From Candidatus Hydrogenedentota bacterium (lineage in GTDB: Bacteria > Hydrogenedentota > Hydrogenedentia > Hydrogenedentales > CAILVY01), in the NCBI GenBank assembly GCA_029565395.1, contig JAKQOG010000028.1, positions 8,362 to 72,361 of the forward strand: 64,000 nt of DNA, in the 5' to 3' direction. The position numbers and the translations under genes were made by a program. Each line of letters starts with the position of its first letter. The stretch's first letter is position 1. The notes under the pieces were generated by a model. The model ran no database searches and had not been told where the DNA came from. It was given only the letters and a program-made list of their open reading frames with translations. Positions 8,710-16,842 of the stretch are shown here, in pieces.

Positions 8710-8884
8710 AGGCGATTCGCTCCACCAAAACCATCACCAGGATCATACTCCATGCATATATCCCGTGGGAAATCGCAAGGTTCCATGATCTTCTCAAGCC
8801 CAATATGTTTCAAGAAGCCTCCAATCGTCACAGTTGACCATTTATTTCATTCATGAGAAAATACAAGTATAAAGGAGCGCTGTG

Positions 8885-9133
8885 ATGCCCGTTATTGCGA
8901 GATTTTACGGAATCGTGATCAAGATGTATTTCAAGGAACATGGGATTCCTCATTTTCATGCCGTCTATGGGGAGTTCAATGGGGTCTTTGAGGTTGAGAC
9001 CCTTGAGATGATCGAGGGGGACTTACCCAACAGGGCGATCAGGTTGGTAAAAGAATGGGCTGAACGTTACCGGCCAGAACTGCTGGAGATGTGGAGAACA
9101 CAACAATTCAGGCAGATGCCAGGATTAGAATAG
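8885..9133 (+). CDS. DUF4160 domain protein
   Basis: The translation MPVIARFYGIVIKMYFKEHGIPHFHAVYGEF.. matches the DUF4160 signature (FYGI.I.MY..EH.PPHFH). The start is taken at ATG 8885. Confidence 0.8.
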   Translation: MPVIARFYGIVIKMYFKEHGIPHFHAVYGEFNGVFEVETLEMIEGDLPNRAIRLVKEWAERYRPELLEMWRTQQFRQMPGLE

Positions 9134-9134
9134 A

Positions 9135-9398
9135 ATGTCATCCTACCCAAAAATAAAAAGCGTCATCCCGGACGAAAAAAAACATCTGATTGTGACGTTC
9201 TCAAATGGCGTTCAGAAATGGTATGACTGTTCACCACTTTTGGATTCACCTGTATTCAGCCCATTACAGGATGAGTGGCTTTTCAAAGCTGTTCAAGTCG
9301 ATTCCGGGGGGTATGGCATTTCCTGGAACGAGGAAATCGATCTCAGCGAGTCCGAACTCTGGGAAAACGGTCACGCGTATCCCGCCTCGGACAAATAA
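9135..9398 (+). CDS. DUF2442 domain protein
   Basis: 87-aa ORF starting 1 nt after the DUF4160 stop. The DUF4160/DUF2442 pairing is a recurrent two-gene module. Its 3-prime end overlaps the convergent isomerase gene by 28 bp. Confidence 0.75.
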   Translation: MSSYPKIKSVIPDEKKHLIVTFSNGVQKWYDCSPLLDSPVFSPLQDEWLFKAVQVDSGGYGISWNEEIDLSESELWENGHAYPASDK

Positions 9399-10285
9399 CC
9401 CCGCACTATCTGCGCCGACTTCCGCACTTCCTCGATCACGGCATCATTCGATTTTATCTTGTACTCGAAGTGCATCGAGATTGGGCCTTGGAAGCCCGCT
9501 CCCCGCATAATCTTCAATACCGCCACCGTCGGCGTAATCCCTTCCCCCAGCGGGCCCCACTTCGGCTTGTCCTTGTCCCACACAAAATCCTTCACCGCCA
9601 TCATCTTCACCAGCGGCGCCATCAGCCGCGCCGTCGTCTGCCAATCCCCATACCCGCCCTCCACCATGGCGTGGGCAATATCAAAATTCGACCCCATATT
9701 CGGCGAGTGGATAGCCTCCAGCATCCGGTGCAAATCCCATACCGGCCCGCCCACATTCAGCAAGCCCGAATGATTGTGATACCCCGCCGTCATCTTGAAC
9801 TCCTCCGCCACCTTCGCCAGTTCCCGCAGCCCCTCCGTAAAGGTATCCAACTGCGGAAGAATCGGCCCTTCCATGTCATATCTAAGCCCGCCCACCCGGA
9901 AATATCGAATCCCCAGTTTCGACGCCGCCTCCAGAATCGGCCGCGCGTCCGGGTCACTCCCTTTGTTCAGGCTGGTTGTGATCATGTACACCTCCAGCCC
10001 TTCCGCGCGGATGGCCTCCACCGCCGCGGGCAAATCTTTCGCTACGTTCTTCGGCTCCACATGACCTTTGCTGCGCACCGTTAAATCAAATCCGTCCAGC
10101 CCCACCTCACGCCCCGTCTTCGCCAACTGCTTGTAATCCAAGAACTGCAAATGCTTCGAGAACGCGCATACCCACGGTCCGGTCTTTTGCTCCACCGCAC
10201 GCGCCGCGGAACCCACCACCGTCCCATACGCCGCCGCACCCAAGGCCCCCGCCAGAAATACTCGACGGTTTACTGTGGTATTCAT
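9371..10285 (-). CDS. Sugar phosphate isomerase/epimerase (xylose isomerase-like TIM barrel), twin-arginine signal
   Basis: Start at ATG 10285 with RBS GGAGGA. The TAT motif is NRRVFLAGALGAAA. The body (..GYHNHSG..FDIAHA..) is typical of the AP endonuclease 2 / xylose isomerase-like TIM family. Confidence 0.85.
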   Translation of the reverse strand: MNTTVNRRVFLAGALGAAAYGTVVGSAARAVEQKTGPWVCAFSKHLQFLDYKQLAKTGREVGLDGFDLTVRSKGHVEPKNVAKDLPAAVEAIRAEGLEVYMITTSLNKGSDPDARPILEAASKLGIRYFRVGGLRYDMEGPILPQLDTFTEGLRELAKVAEEFKMTAGYHNHSGLLNVGGPVWDLHRMLEAIHSPNMGSNFDIAHAMVEGGYGDWQTTARLMAPLVKMMAVKDFVWDKDKPKWGPLGEGITPTVAVLKIMRGAGFQGPISMHFEYKIKSNDAVIEEVRKSAQIVRGYLSEAGYA

Positions 10286-10326
10286 ATTGACTTTCCTCCA
10301 TCCAGACTCAGTGATCACTGGCTTTC

Positions 10327-10356
10327 GGGATCCGGGATCCGGGATCCGGGATCCGG
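10327..10356 (+). repeat. (GGGATCC)x4 heptamer tandem repeat
   Basis: Read directly: four perfect units plus GG. This gives G3-N4-G3-N4-G3-N4-G3 on the plus strand, and each unit contains the palindrome GGATCC. Confidence 0.9.
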
Positions 10357-10375
10357 AAATCCAAAATCATCATGG

Positions 10376-11287
10376 TCATAGCCATCTTTTCTCCATCACT
10401 TCCATCACATGGTCTACAGTTATGCTGTCCAGGCAACATGCATGCTTCCACGGGCACACCCGCATATCCGGTTCAACCTCCGCCTTATTCCAATACCCCT
10501 GGCATTCCTGCGTACTCCTGATCGGATAAAAATTCGGCTCATTTTGAATCAGAATATCTGGTTCCGTCGGGCCAAACAACCCCACCACCGGCGTGTTCGC
10601 CGCCAGAGCCAGATGCATCAGCCCGGAATCGCACGAAATCAATAGATCCGCCTGATGCAAAACACACGCCGCCTCGCGCACACTTGTTTTATCCATCAAG
10701 TTAAGCCCCACGCCAACCGGCTCGGTATTCCGCCCCAATTCCACCACCCGCGCACCACGGGCCTGCAACACCCCGCATAACTCCCGCCAGCGGTCCATGC
10801 GCCAGTGTTTCGTCGGCCAGGTAGTTCCAGGAGCCACCGCCACCACCGGTCCCTGTCCTTCTGCCAGCCCCTCCAACAACCCCGTGCTCCAATCCTGAAA
10901 ATACACATGCGGACGCGACACCGGCATCCCTACGCCCGCCACACGGCAATAATGCTGCAACCGGTACACATCCCTCGGCGCGCCCCGCAGCAGCACATAC
11001 CGGTCCACCACCGCCGGAACCGCATTCACCGAATCCACAAAGGGGTGCTCCTCAAAAAGCTCCGGGAAATTCGTCAGCACGGAAATATAATCGGACGGAT
11101 ACTTCGCGCGAAGACTCTCAAACACCGGCAACGCCATGATTTCATCCCCCAGCCGCCAGCGCAACTCAACCAGGATTGTGCGGGGCGCCCCCACCATGCG
11201 TTTCAACGGCCACCGCACCGCGCGCGTCATCCGCCGCACGCGCCGGCGTATCCGCCCAAACTGATCTTCATACGTTTCATCGTGCAT
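10376..11287 (-). CDS. Glycosyltransferase family 9 (heptosyltransferase-like)
   Basis: GT9 hallmarks: LGDEIMALPVFESLRAKYP, PGTTWPTKHW, and DSGLMHLALAANTPVVGLFGPT. Start taken at ATG 11287. Confidence 0.8.
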   Translation of the reverse strand: MHDETYEDQFGRIRRRVRRMTRAVRWPLKRMVGAPRTILVELRWRLGDEIMALPVFESLRAKYPSDYISVLTNFPELFEEHPFVDSVNAVPAVVDRYVLLRGAPRDVYRLQHYCRVAGVGMPVSRPHVYFQDWSTGLLEGLAEGQGPVVAVAPGTTWPTKHWRMDRWRELCGVLQARGARVVELGRNTEPVGVGLNLMDKTSVREAACVLHQADLLISCDSGLMHLALAANTPVVGLFGPTEPDILIQNEPNFYPIRSTQECQGYWNKAEVEPDMRVCPWKHACCLDSITVDHVMEVMEKRWL

Positions 11288-11366
11288 AAAACCTATTCTA
11301 AACAAAGCCCCCCGTGAAAAACAGAGCGGCATTCACCCCGCCTTTTCATATACAATCTTTCCCAAC

Positions 11367-13220
11367 ATGGATACAGACGGTCAAGATCAGACCTTTCATC
11401 GCCGCCTGCTCTACGGCGCGGCGCTCTGGGTTTTCGTTTGTATCATCGCCGTGCTCCTTCGCGGCATCCGATGGGACGAAACCTACGAGCACGCGCAACT
11501 CCTCGCCGGACAAGTTCCTTATCCAGAAGATCACCCCCTCCGGCTCTATGTGCACAACGCCTTCAGTATCCAACCCTTCCTATCCGCAGGAATTCTCCTC
11601 TGCGGTGCGGGTCCCCTGATTGTCTGCGGACTGCGCAACATCCTTTTCCTGCTCGCCACTCTCCTCCCCGTGTATATGATCACCGCACAAGCCACTGGCC
11701 GCACCCTGTGGGGCCATGCCGCCGCCGCCCTCCTCCTCCAAGGCATCCTGCTCGAATTTGACGGAAGTTACCCTACTTTCGTCTGGCCCGAACTCTACTC
11801 CAACGGCCATATCGGCGGCGCCTGGGCGCTGATAACCGTCTGGGCCTTGCTCTCAAACCACCTGCGTGCCGCAAGCCTCCTTTTCGGGCTTATGCCCTGC
11901 ATCCACCTCGGACAATGGCCCCCCGTCGTGGTTGTGTTCTCTATATTCGCCCTTTTTGAACTTCACCAGCGGAATTTCATAAAAATCCGGCCCCTAGCCG
12001 TCTATACCACCCTCGGACTTCTTATCAGCCTCCTCTTTTTCATAACGCAACGCATTTTCTTTCACGAAAACCTCCCAGCCGCTTCCGAAAATGATCTATG
12101 GGCCATTTGGAAAGGATACACCTTCCATTTTGATCCCCATCGCCGATTCCCGCCCGCCAACGGCCAAATCCTCCTTTGCGGAATGCTGCTGTTATCCGGA
12201 GTAGCCGCGTGGAGAAAATCCGAATACCGCCGGCTCTGCCTCGGTTTGTTTCTATACAGCGCCGCCATCGCGCTCTGCGTTTGGGGCATTATGCTTGCCC
12301 AAATCCTCCTGGGAGAGAACACCCCCTTCCTCCTCGTCTCCTGGATGCCCTGCCGTCTCATCAATCATCTGCCTCCTCTCTGTCTCGCACTCATTATCAG
12401 CGTGTTGGCTCCCCGCCACACCCTGTGGATCATCGCCGCGCTTCTCTTCGCAACCTTCCATCCTTTTCTTAAACCCCTTCTCGGCGCGTCCCTCTACACC
12501 CGCTACCTCTCCGGCGGCGAATGCATTCTCTTCGCACTCTATGGCGCCGCCCTATGGACTCTCCTCCTTCCCGGCTCCCGGACCCCGGATTCCAAATCCC
12601 CTCTTCCATTCCTAAGCCTTCCTGCCTGCCTTCTGATCATAGCCCTCTCCATCACCCTCGGTTTCTTCCATCAATTCGGCGCGTGTTGCATGATCTTGGG
12701 AATACTTGCGGCCTGCCTTTTCAACCATCTCCCAAAATTCCACATACTATCCCTATCAGCCTTGGCCACCGCCATCCTGCTCGCTCTTGTTACCGCGGTA
12801 TACCACCAAACACAATCCCGCCAACAACTCCCGATTCCTCCTTTCGATCAACAGCTCCGCACAACCTTAACAGACGAACCCAATGCCATGCTGGTTGGTC
12901 CGCCTGACACCCTTCTGCTTCAAGCCCATACAGGCCATCCCATCCTCGCAGAAAGCGCCACGCCCTCATTAATCAGTTATATTCCCGCCCTCGGCCCCGG
13001 CATCAACCGCCTCTACGAAGATCTCTACGGCATTTCATTTCTGAATCCTGCCTCCTCGTCCACCTCTTGGGATCAGATCTGGTCAGACCGCACACTCCAG
13101 GAATGGCAAACCCTTTCCCATCAATACCAATTCCACTATGTAATCTCGCTGCCTTCCATTAAATTACAATTGCCCATTCTTTTTGATACCGACGGCGCCA
13201 CGCTCTATCAAATTCCATGA
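11367..13220 (+). CDS. Polytopic membrane protein (more than 12 TM segments) with C-terminal soluble domain, possible GT-C-fold glycosyltransferase or polymerase
   Basis: 617-aa ORF, highly hydrophobic, divergent from the GT9 gene. No specific family motif was recognised. Confidence 0.65.
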   Translation: MDTDGQDQTFHRRLLYGAALWVFVCIIAVLLRGIRWDETYEHAQLLAGQVPYPEDHPLRLYVHNAFSIQPFLSAGILLCGAGPLIVCGLRNILFLLATLLPVYMITAQATGRTLWGHAAAALLLQGILLEFDGSYPTFVWPELYSNGHIGGAWALITVWALLSNHLRAASLLFGLMPCIHLGQWPPVVVVFSIFALFELHQRNFIKIRPLAVYTTLGLLISLLFFITQRIFFHENLPAASENDLWAIWKGYTFHFDPHRRFPPANGQILLCGMLLLSGVAAWRKSEYRRLCLGLFLYSAAIALCVWGIMLAQILLGENTPFLLVSWMPCRLINHLPPLCLALIISVLAPRHTLWIIAALLFATFHPFLKPLLGASLYTRYLSGGECILFALYGAALWTLLLPGSRTPDSKSPLPFLSLPACLLIIALSITLGFFHQFGACCMILGILAACLFNHLPKFHILSLSALATAILLALVTAVYHQTQSRQQLPIPPFDQQLRTTLTDEPNAMLVGPPDTLLLQAHTGHPILAESATPSLISYIPALGPGINRLYEDLYGISFLNPASSSTSWDQIWSDRTLQEWQTLSHQYQFHYVISLPSIKLQLPILFDTDGATLYQIP

Positions 13221-13224
13221 CACA

Positions 13225-13290
13225 TTGAATAGGACCTATAGGACATATAAGTCATATAGGTCCTATTCAAAGGTTCTTGTTTTTCCTTTT
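13225..13290 (+). terminator. Hairpin terminator candidate
   Basis: A perfect 16-bp inverted repeat, TTGAATAGGACCTATA (13225-13240) and TATAGGTCCTATTCAA (13255-13270), lies 5 nt after the stop codon. A T-rich tract (TTCTTGTTTTTCCTTTTT) follows. Confidence 0.55.
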
Positions 13291-13357
13291 TACTTCTCCC
13301 CTTCGCGCAGTGTATGTTTACTTCTACATCTAAACTCACAAGAGTCGAAAGCACAAC

Positions 13358-14635
13358 ATGCGAATTGGAATCATCGGAGCAGGCATATCCGGCTTAAGCG
13401 CCGCACTCGCCTTGCGAAAACGCGGCCACGACGTCACAATTTTCCAGCGCGAAGCCTCTATCGGCGGACTGATCAGAACCTTCGACTTCGACGGCCTCCC
13501 TCTCGAACACTTCTATCACTTCCTTTGCCAAACCGACACCGGCTACTTCACGCTCTGCCGCGAACTCGGTCTCGAACACCTTATCCGATTCCCCCGCGCA
13601 CGCACCGGCTTCTACCACGACGGAAAACTGTATCCCTTCACCACCCCCCTCGACTTGCTCCGTTTTGCGCCGATCCCCTTCGCGCAACGCATCCGCTTCG
13701 GCCTCTTCGCACTCGAAGCGCGCCTCCGCAAGGAATGGACCCAACTCGATGAACTCACCGCAAAACCCTGGCTCATCGACCGCCTTGGCCGCCGCGCCTA
13801 TGACGTCATCTGGGACCCTCTCCTCACCCTGAAATTCGGACACTACCACGACACCATCTCCGCCGCATGGGTCTGGCACCGCCTGCACCGCGTCGCTCAA
13901 TCCAAAGGCCGCATGGGCTATCTTGAAGGCGGCACCGCCCTGCTCCTTGACACTCTTGTAAAACGCCTCGAAAACGACGGCGTTGCCATTCACACCAACT
14001 GCCCCGTCACCCGCATCAATGAAGAAAACGGACACATCACCGGCCTCTCCTTCGACCACCACCCTTCCTTCCAATGCGGCCAGGTGATCTCCACCGTCCC
14101 CCTGTCCGTCCTCGCCGATCTATTGCCTCCCGGCTGGAATGACTACGCCGCACAACTCCGCCAAATCCACTATATCGGCGTTGTGTGTCTTGTCCTCAAA
14201 CTCAAGCGCCCCATTTCCCAAAACTTCTGGCTCAACGTGAAGGACCCCCGCGCTCCCTTCAACGGCATCATCGAATACACCAACCTCAATCCTCTCCAGG
14301 GAAAACACGGCCATATCGTCTACGTCCCCTACTACGTCCCCACTGATCACCCCTACTACACCATGGACGATTCCGCCCTCTTTGATCATTCCTGGGACGC
14401 CCTCAAACACATCAACCCCGCCCTCAACGACACCGACGTACTCGCCCGAAAAATCACCCGTGCCCCCTACGCTCAGGCCATCTGCACCACTCATTTCCTG
14501 AAACTCATGCCCGAACACCTTGCCCCCCTCAACGGCCTCCACCTCCTCGACAGCACCTTCCTCTACCCCGAAGACCGCACCCAATCCGGCCATATCCTCA
14601 AAGCCAACGCCTGCGCGGAAGACATCGAACTATAA
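13358..14635 (+). CDS. FAD/NAD(P)-binding oxidoreductase (amine oxidase / phytoene desaturase-like)
   Basis: N-terminal dinucleotide-binding motif MRIGIIGAGISGLSAALAL..V.IFQREASIGG, with length and composition typical of the family. Confidence 0.85.
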   Translation: MRIGIIGAGISGLSAALALRKRGHDVTIFQREASIGGLIRTFDFDGLPLEHFYHFLCQTDTGYFTLCRELGLEHLIRFPRARTGFYHDGKLYPFTTPLDLLRFAPIPFAQRIRFGLFALEARLRKEWTQLDELTAKPWLIDRLGRRAYDVIWDPLLTLKFGHYHDTISAAWVWHRLHRVAQSKGRMGYLEGGTALLLDTLVKRLENDGVAIHTNCPVTRINEENGHITGLSFDHHPSFQCGQVISTVPLSVLADLLPPGWNDYAAQLRQIHYIGVVCLVLKLKRPISQNFWLNVKDPRAPFNGIIEYTNLNPLQGKHGHIVYVPYYVPTDHPYYTMDDSALFDHSWDALKHINPALNDTDVLARKITRAPYAQAICTTHFLKLMPEHLAPLNGLHLLDSTFLYPEDRTQSGHILKANACAEDIEL

Positions 14636-14981
14636 GGCGCCCGGTATCCATTGACATCTCTCTGCCAACTTCATGAAAAAATATTGCACTTTCGCAAGTT
14701 CGTGTACCGTTGACAAGGGTGGCACTATGTCGAGATTACCGCATCGCTACATTCCTGCTGCTCAGAAAGTGGATGTGTTCGGGAGGGCGAGGTTTATCCG
14801 CCGTAGGAGGGCTCCTGCTGAGCAACGCAATCTCGCCGGATTGTCAACCGTGCATGGTTCCGAGATTGCTTTATCGAAGACTCCTGCCAAGAAAGTCCCA
14901 TACTTCCCGTTCAAAATCGTCATTCCCGCGAAAGGGACTTTCTAGAAACTTTCTAAAAATAGAATGATGTCCTTCTTTCGG

Positions 14982-15043
14982 CCCTTCGGGACTACTTTGG
15001 CGAAGATATCCTCGACCCAGGGTATCGCTACGCTTGCCCTGGG
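14982..15043 (+). repeat. Hairpin (REP-like) module: CCC-TTC-GGG hairpin plus CCCAGGG-loop-CCCTGGG hairpin
   Basis: The stems were read directly. The second hairpin (15016-15043) has loop core GGGTATCGCTACGCT, which matches the reverse strand of 54216-54245 at 14 of 15 positions. Confidence 0.4.
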
Positions 15044-15197
15044 CCACATTCTTACCATATTCCCGCTTTATGATTATGGTTACGCTGCACTTGATTCACG
15101 TTAATTGTGCATTGGTTGTTCGCAAACCAAGAGCAAAAGAGTTACTATTCCCGAAGGACAATTTTATGAACAACTACGGGACGGGAGGAGCGCAGCC

Positions 15198-16235
15198 ATG
15201 CCGTTGACCATTCAGGAGACGCCTCCATCGATTGTTGAAGGAGGGCGATTATGCACAGGTGCGTTCCGAGTGCCTTTCCGGCGCATGAATTTTATGGATG
15301 CCCCCGGACTGGGCGGTCCGCTTCGCCGCATTCGCCTTAAAGAGTGGATTGGTTTTGGCATCTCCCATCCCGAATGGCATATCACGACGTTCCTGCTCGA
15401 CGCCAAGATAACCGCTTCCGCATTGTTCCAGGCATTCCATAGGGGCACGAACGATTCGGTAAAACACGTTCAGGCACGGATAGGGGGAACCTGGCGCCTG
15501 CCCGAAACCATGTGGAATGGACGATGCGAATTCACAAAATCCGGCTTTCGCATCGCGTGTCATCATCATCTTGAAGCGGGCGCGCATCACATCACCGTCG
15601 AGGCGGCCGCCACACGCAACATGCCGGCGGTTGAAGCGGACATTACCCTCACGGAGGATATGTCCCGCGTGCCACCGCTTGTGGTGAGCCTGCCTGTGGG
15701 CGAACGAAACAGCCTATACACGCACAAGGCGCTCATGCCCGCCTCCGGCACCCTTCGCATCGGCGCGGATGAAATCACGCTCGACCCCGCGCGTGATATC
15801 GCCATTTTGGACGAGCACCGCTCCTTCCTGCCTTATCGCACCACATGGCGCTGGTGCACCTTCGCGGGCTATGACACTCAGGGGAGGTTGGTGGGGCTTA
15901 ATTTCGGGGACCACGATTACATTCCCGATCCGGATCATTGGACCGAGAACTGTATCTGGGCGGGGAATACCCTGTCCATGCTGGGCGCTGGAGAGCTTGT
16001 ATATGACCGCACCGGCCCCATGAAGCCATGGCATATCCATGATCGCCAGGGCCGGGTCGACGTTCGCTTTTTCCCCGAAGCGAAAAAATCCGAGCGGCAT
16101 AATCTTGTTCTTCTCCGTATGAATTACTTCCAATGCCACGGCCATTTTGAAGGAGTTGTCATCGACGCAGCAGGCGAAAAAATCCCCGTAGATGGATTTT
16201 ATGGTGTTGCGGAGATGATGGACGCGCATTTCTAG
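15198..16235 (+). CDS. DUF2804-like protein
   Basis: Start refined to ATG 15198 (RBS GGGAGGAG). The motifs LKEWIGFGISHPEW, RTTWRWCTF and ENCIWAGNTL resemble the DUF2804 family. The family call is from memory. Confidence 0.65.
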   Translation: MPLTIQETPPSIVEGGRLCTGAFRVPFRRMNFMDAPGLGGPLRRIRLKEWIGFGISHPEWHITTFLLDAKITASALFQAFHRGTNDSVKHVQARIGGTWRLPETMWNGRCEFTKSGFRIACHHHLEAGAHHITVEAAATRNMPAVEADITLTEDMSRVPPLVVSLPVGERNSLYTHKALMPASGTLRIGADEITLDPARDIAILDEHRSFLPYRTTWRWCTFAGYDTQGRLVGLNFGDHDYIPDPDHWTENCIWAGNTLSMLGAGELVYDRTGPMKPWHIHDRQGRVDVRFFPEAKKSERHNLVLLRMNYFQCHGHFEGVVIDAAGEKIPVDGFYGVAEMMDAHF

Positions 16236-16564
16236 CACTTTCCCTAATGGGATGCTGAATCTGGAGGCTTTCAAGCCGTATTATTAATTTTGTATCTGCG
16301 CAAACTGATATTTCCGCCGTCTTTTTTGTTAACGATCTTGTACATAATTAAAGGGAATACAAAAACCCAGAGCTGTTTAGCATACATGTTTCGAAAAGCG
16401 TATCTATCTGGCGTACAGGCAGTTGTGCCGCAAGAAATTTTTGTCAGACTACCTTGGAATCCCTTGAAGTGTGTATCCATGTTGAAATTGCGATACACTA
16501 CCTGGCTAGTGTGCGATCAAAAAAAGATGTATTTGTTGAACAGTCACTTTTACTGATTAGATGT

Positions 16565-16593
16565 TTGACATAATTAGCGTTGCGTGATAAAAT
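16565..16593 (+). promoter_or_regulatory. Near-consensus sigma-70-type promoter
   Basis: TTGACA (16565-16570), a 17-nt spacer, then TAAAAT (16588-16593), inside an AT-rich 600-bp non-coding region. This predicts a leader of about 240 nt before ATG 16843. Confidence 0.45.
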
Positions 16594-16785
16594 TGGAATG
16601 CTTTTCTCTCATGGGTGAAAGACCATGGCTGCGCTTGTTAATGAGAGAAAACATGTTCCGTAGTAGATGGACTCAGAAGGTGAGTCTATAGGGTGCATTC
16701 TAGCGGGAAGGGAAAAGTATAGTTTCTTGCGTCGTTCATGGTAACACGGGAGTAGTGTCTCTTGTGGGCTGCCTTATCGGCGCAG

Positions 16786-16824
16786 GGCGTGATGTTTCAA
16801 CATATTCGGCGTGATGTTTCAACA
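16786..16824 (+). promoter_or_regulatory. 17-bp perfect direct repeat GGCGTGATGTTTCAACA x2 (22-bp register) abutting the RBS
   Basis: Copies at 16786-16802 and 16808-16824. AAGGAG lies at 16829-16834 and the ATG at 16843. Confidence 0.5.
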
Positions 16825-16842
16825 AAATAAGGAGCAAAAACG

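Noticed and set aside
14673-14967. ORFs of 90 and 85 aa in the 14636-15197 gap
   Set aside because: The two overlap in different frames, have no RBS and no recognisable domain, and are Arg-rich. They are treated as non-coding (see the finding on the gap).
16271-16556. 75-aa (minus strand) and 88-aa (plus strand) ORFs in the AT-rich spacer
   Set aside because: They overlap each other, are low-complexity and AT-driven (Ile/Lys/Asn/Phe-rich), and have no RBS. More likely this is promoter or leader DNA.
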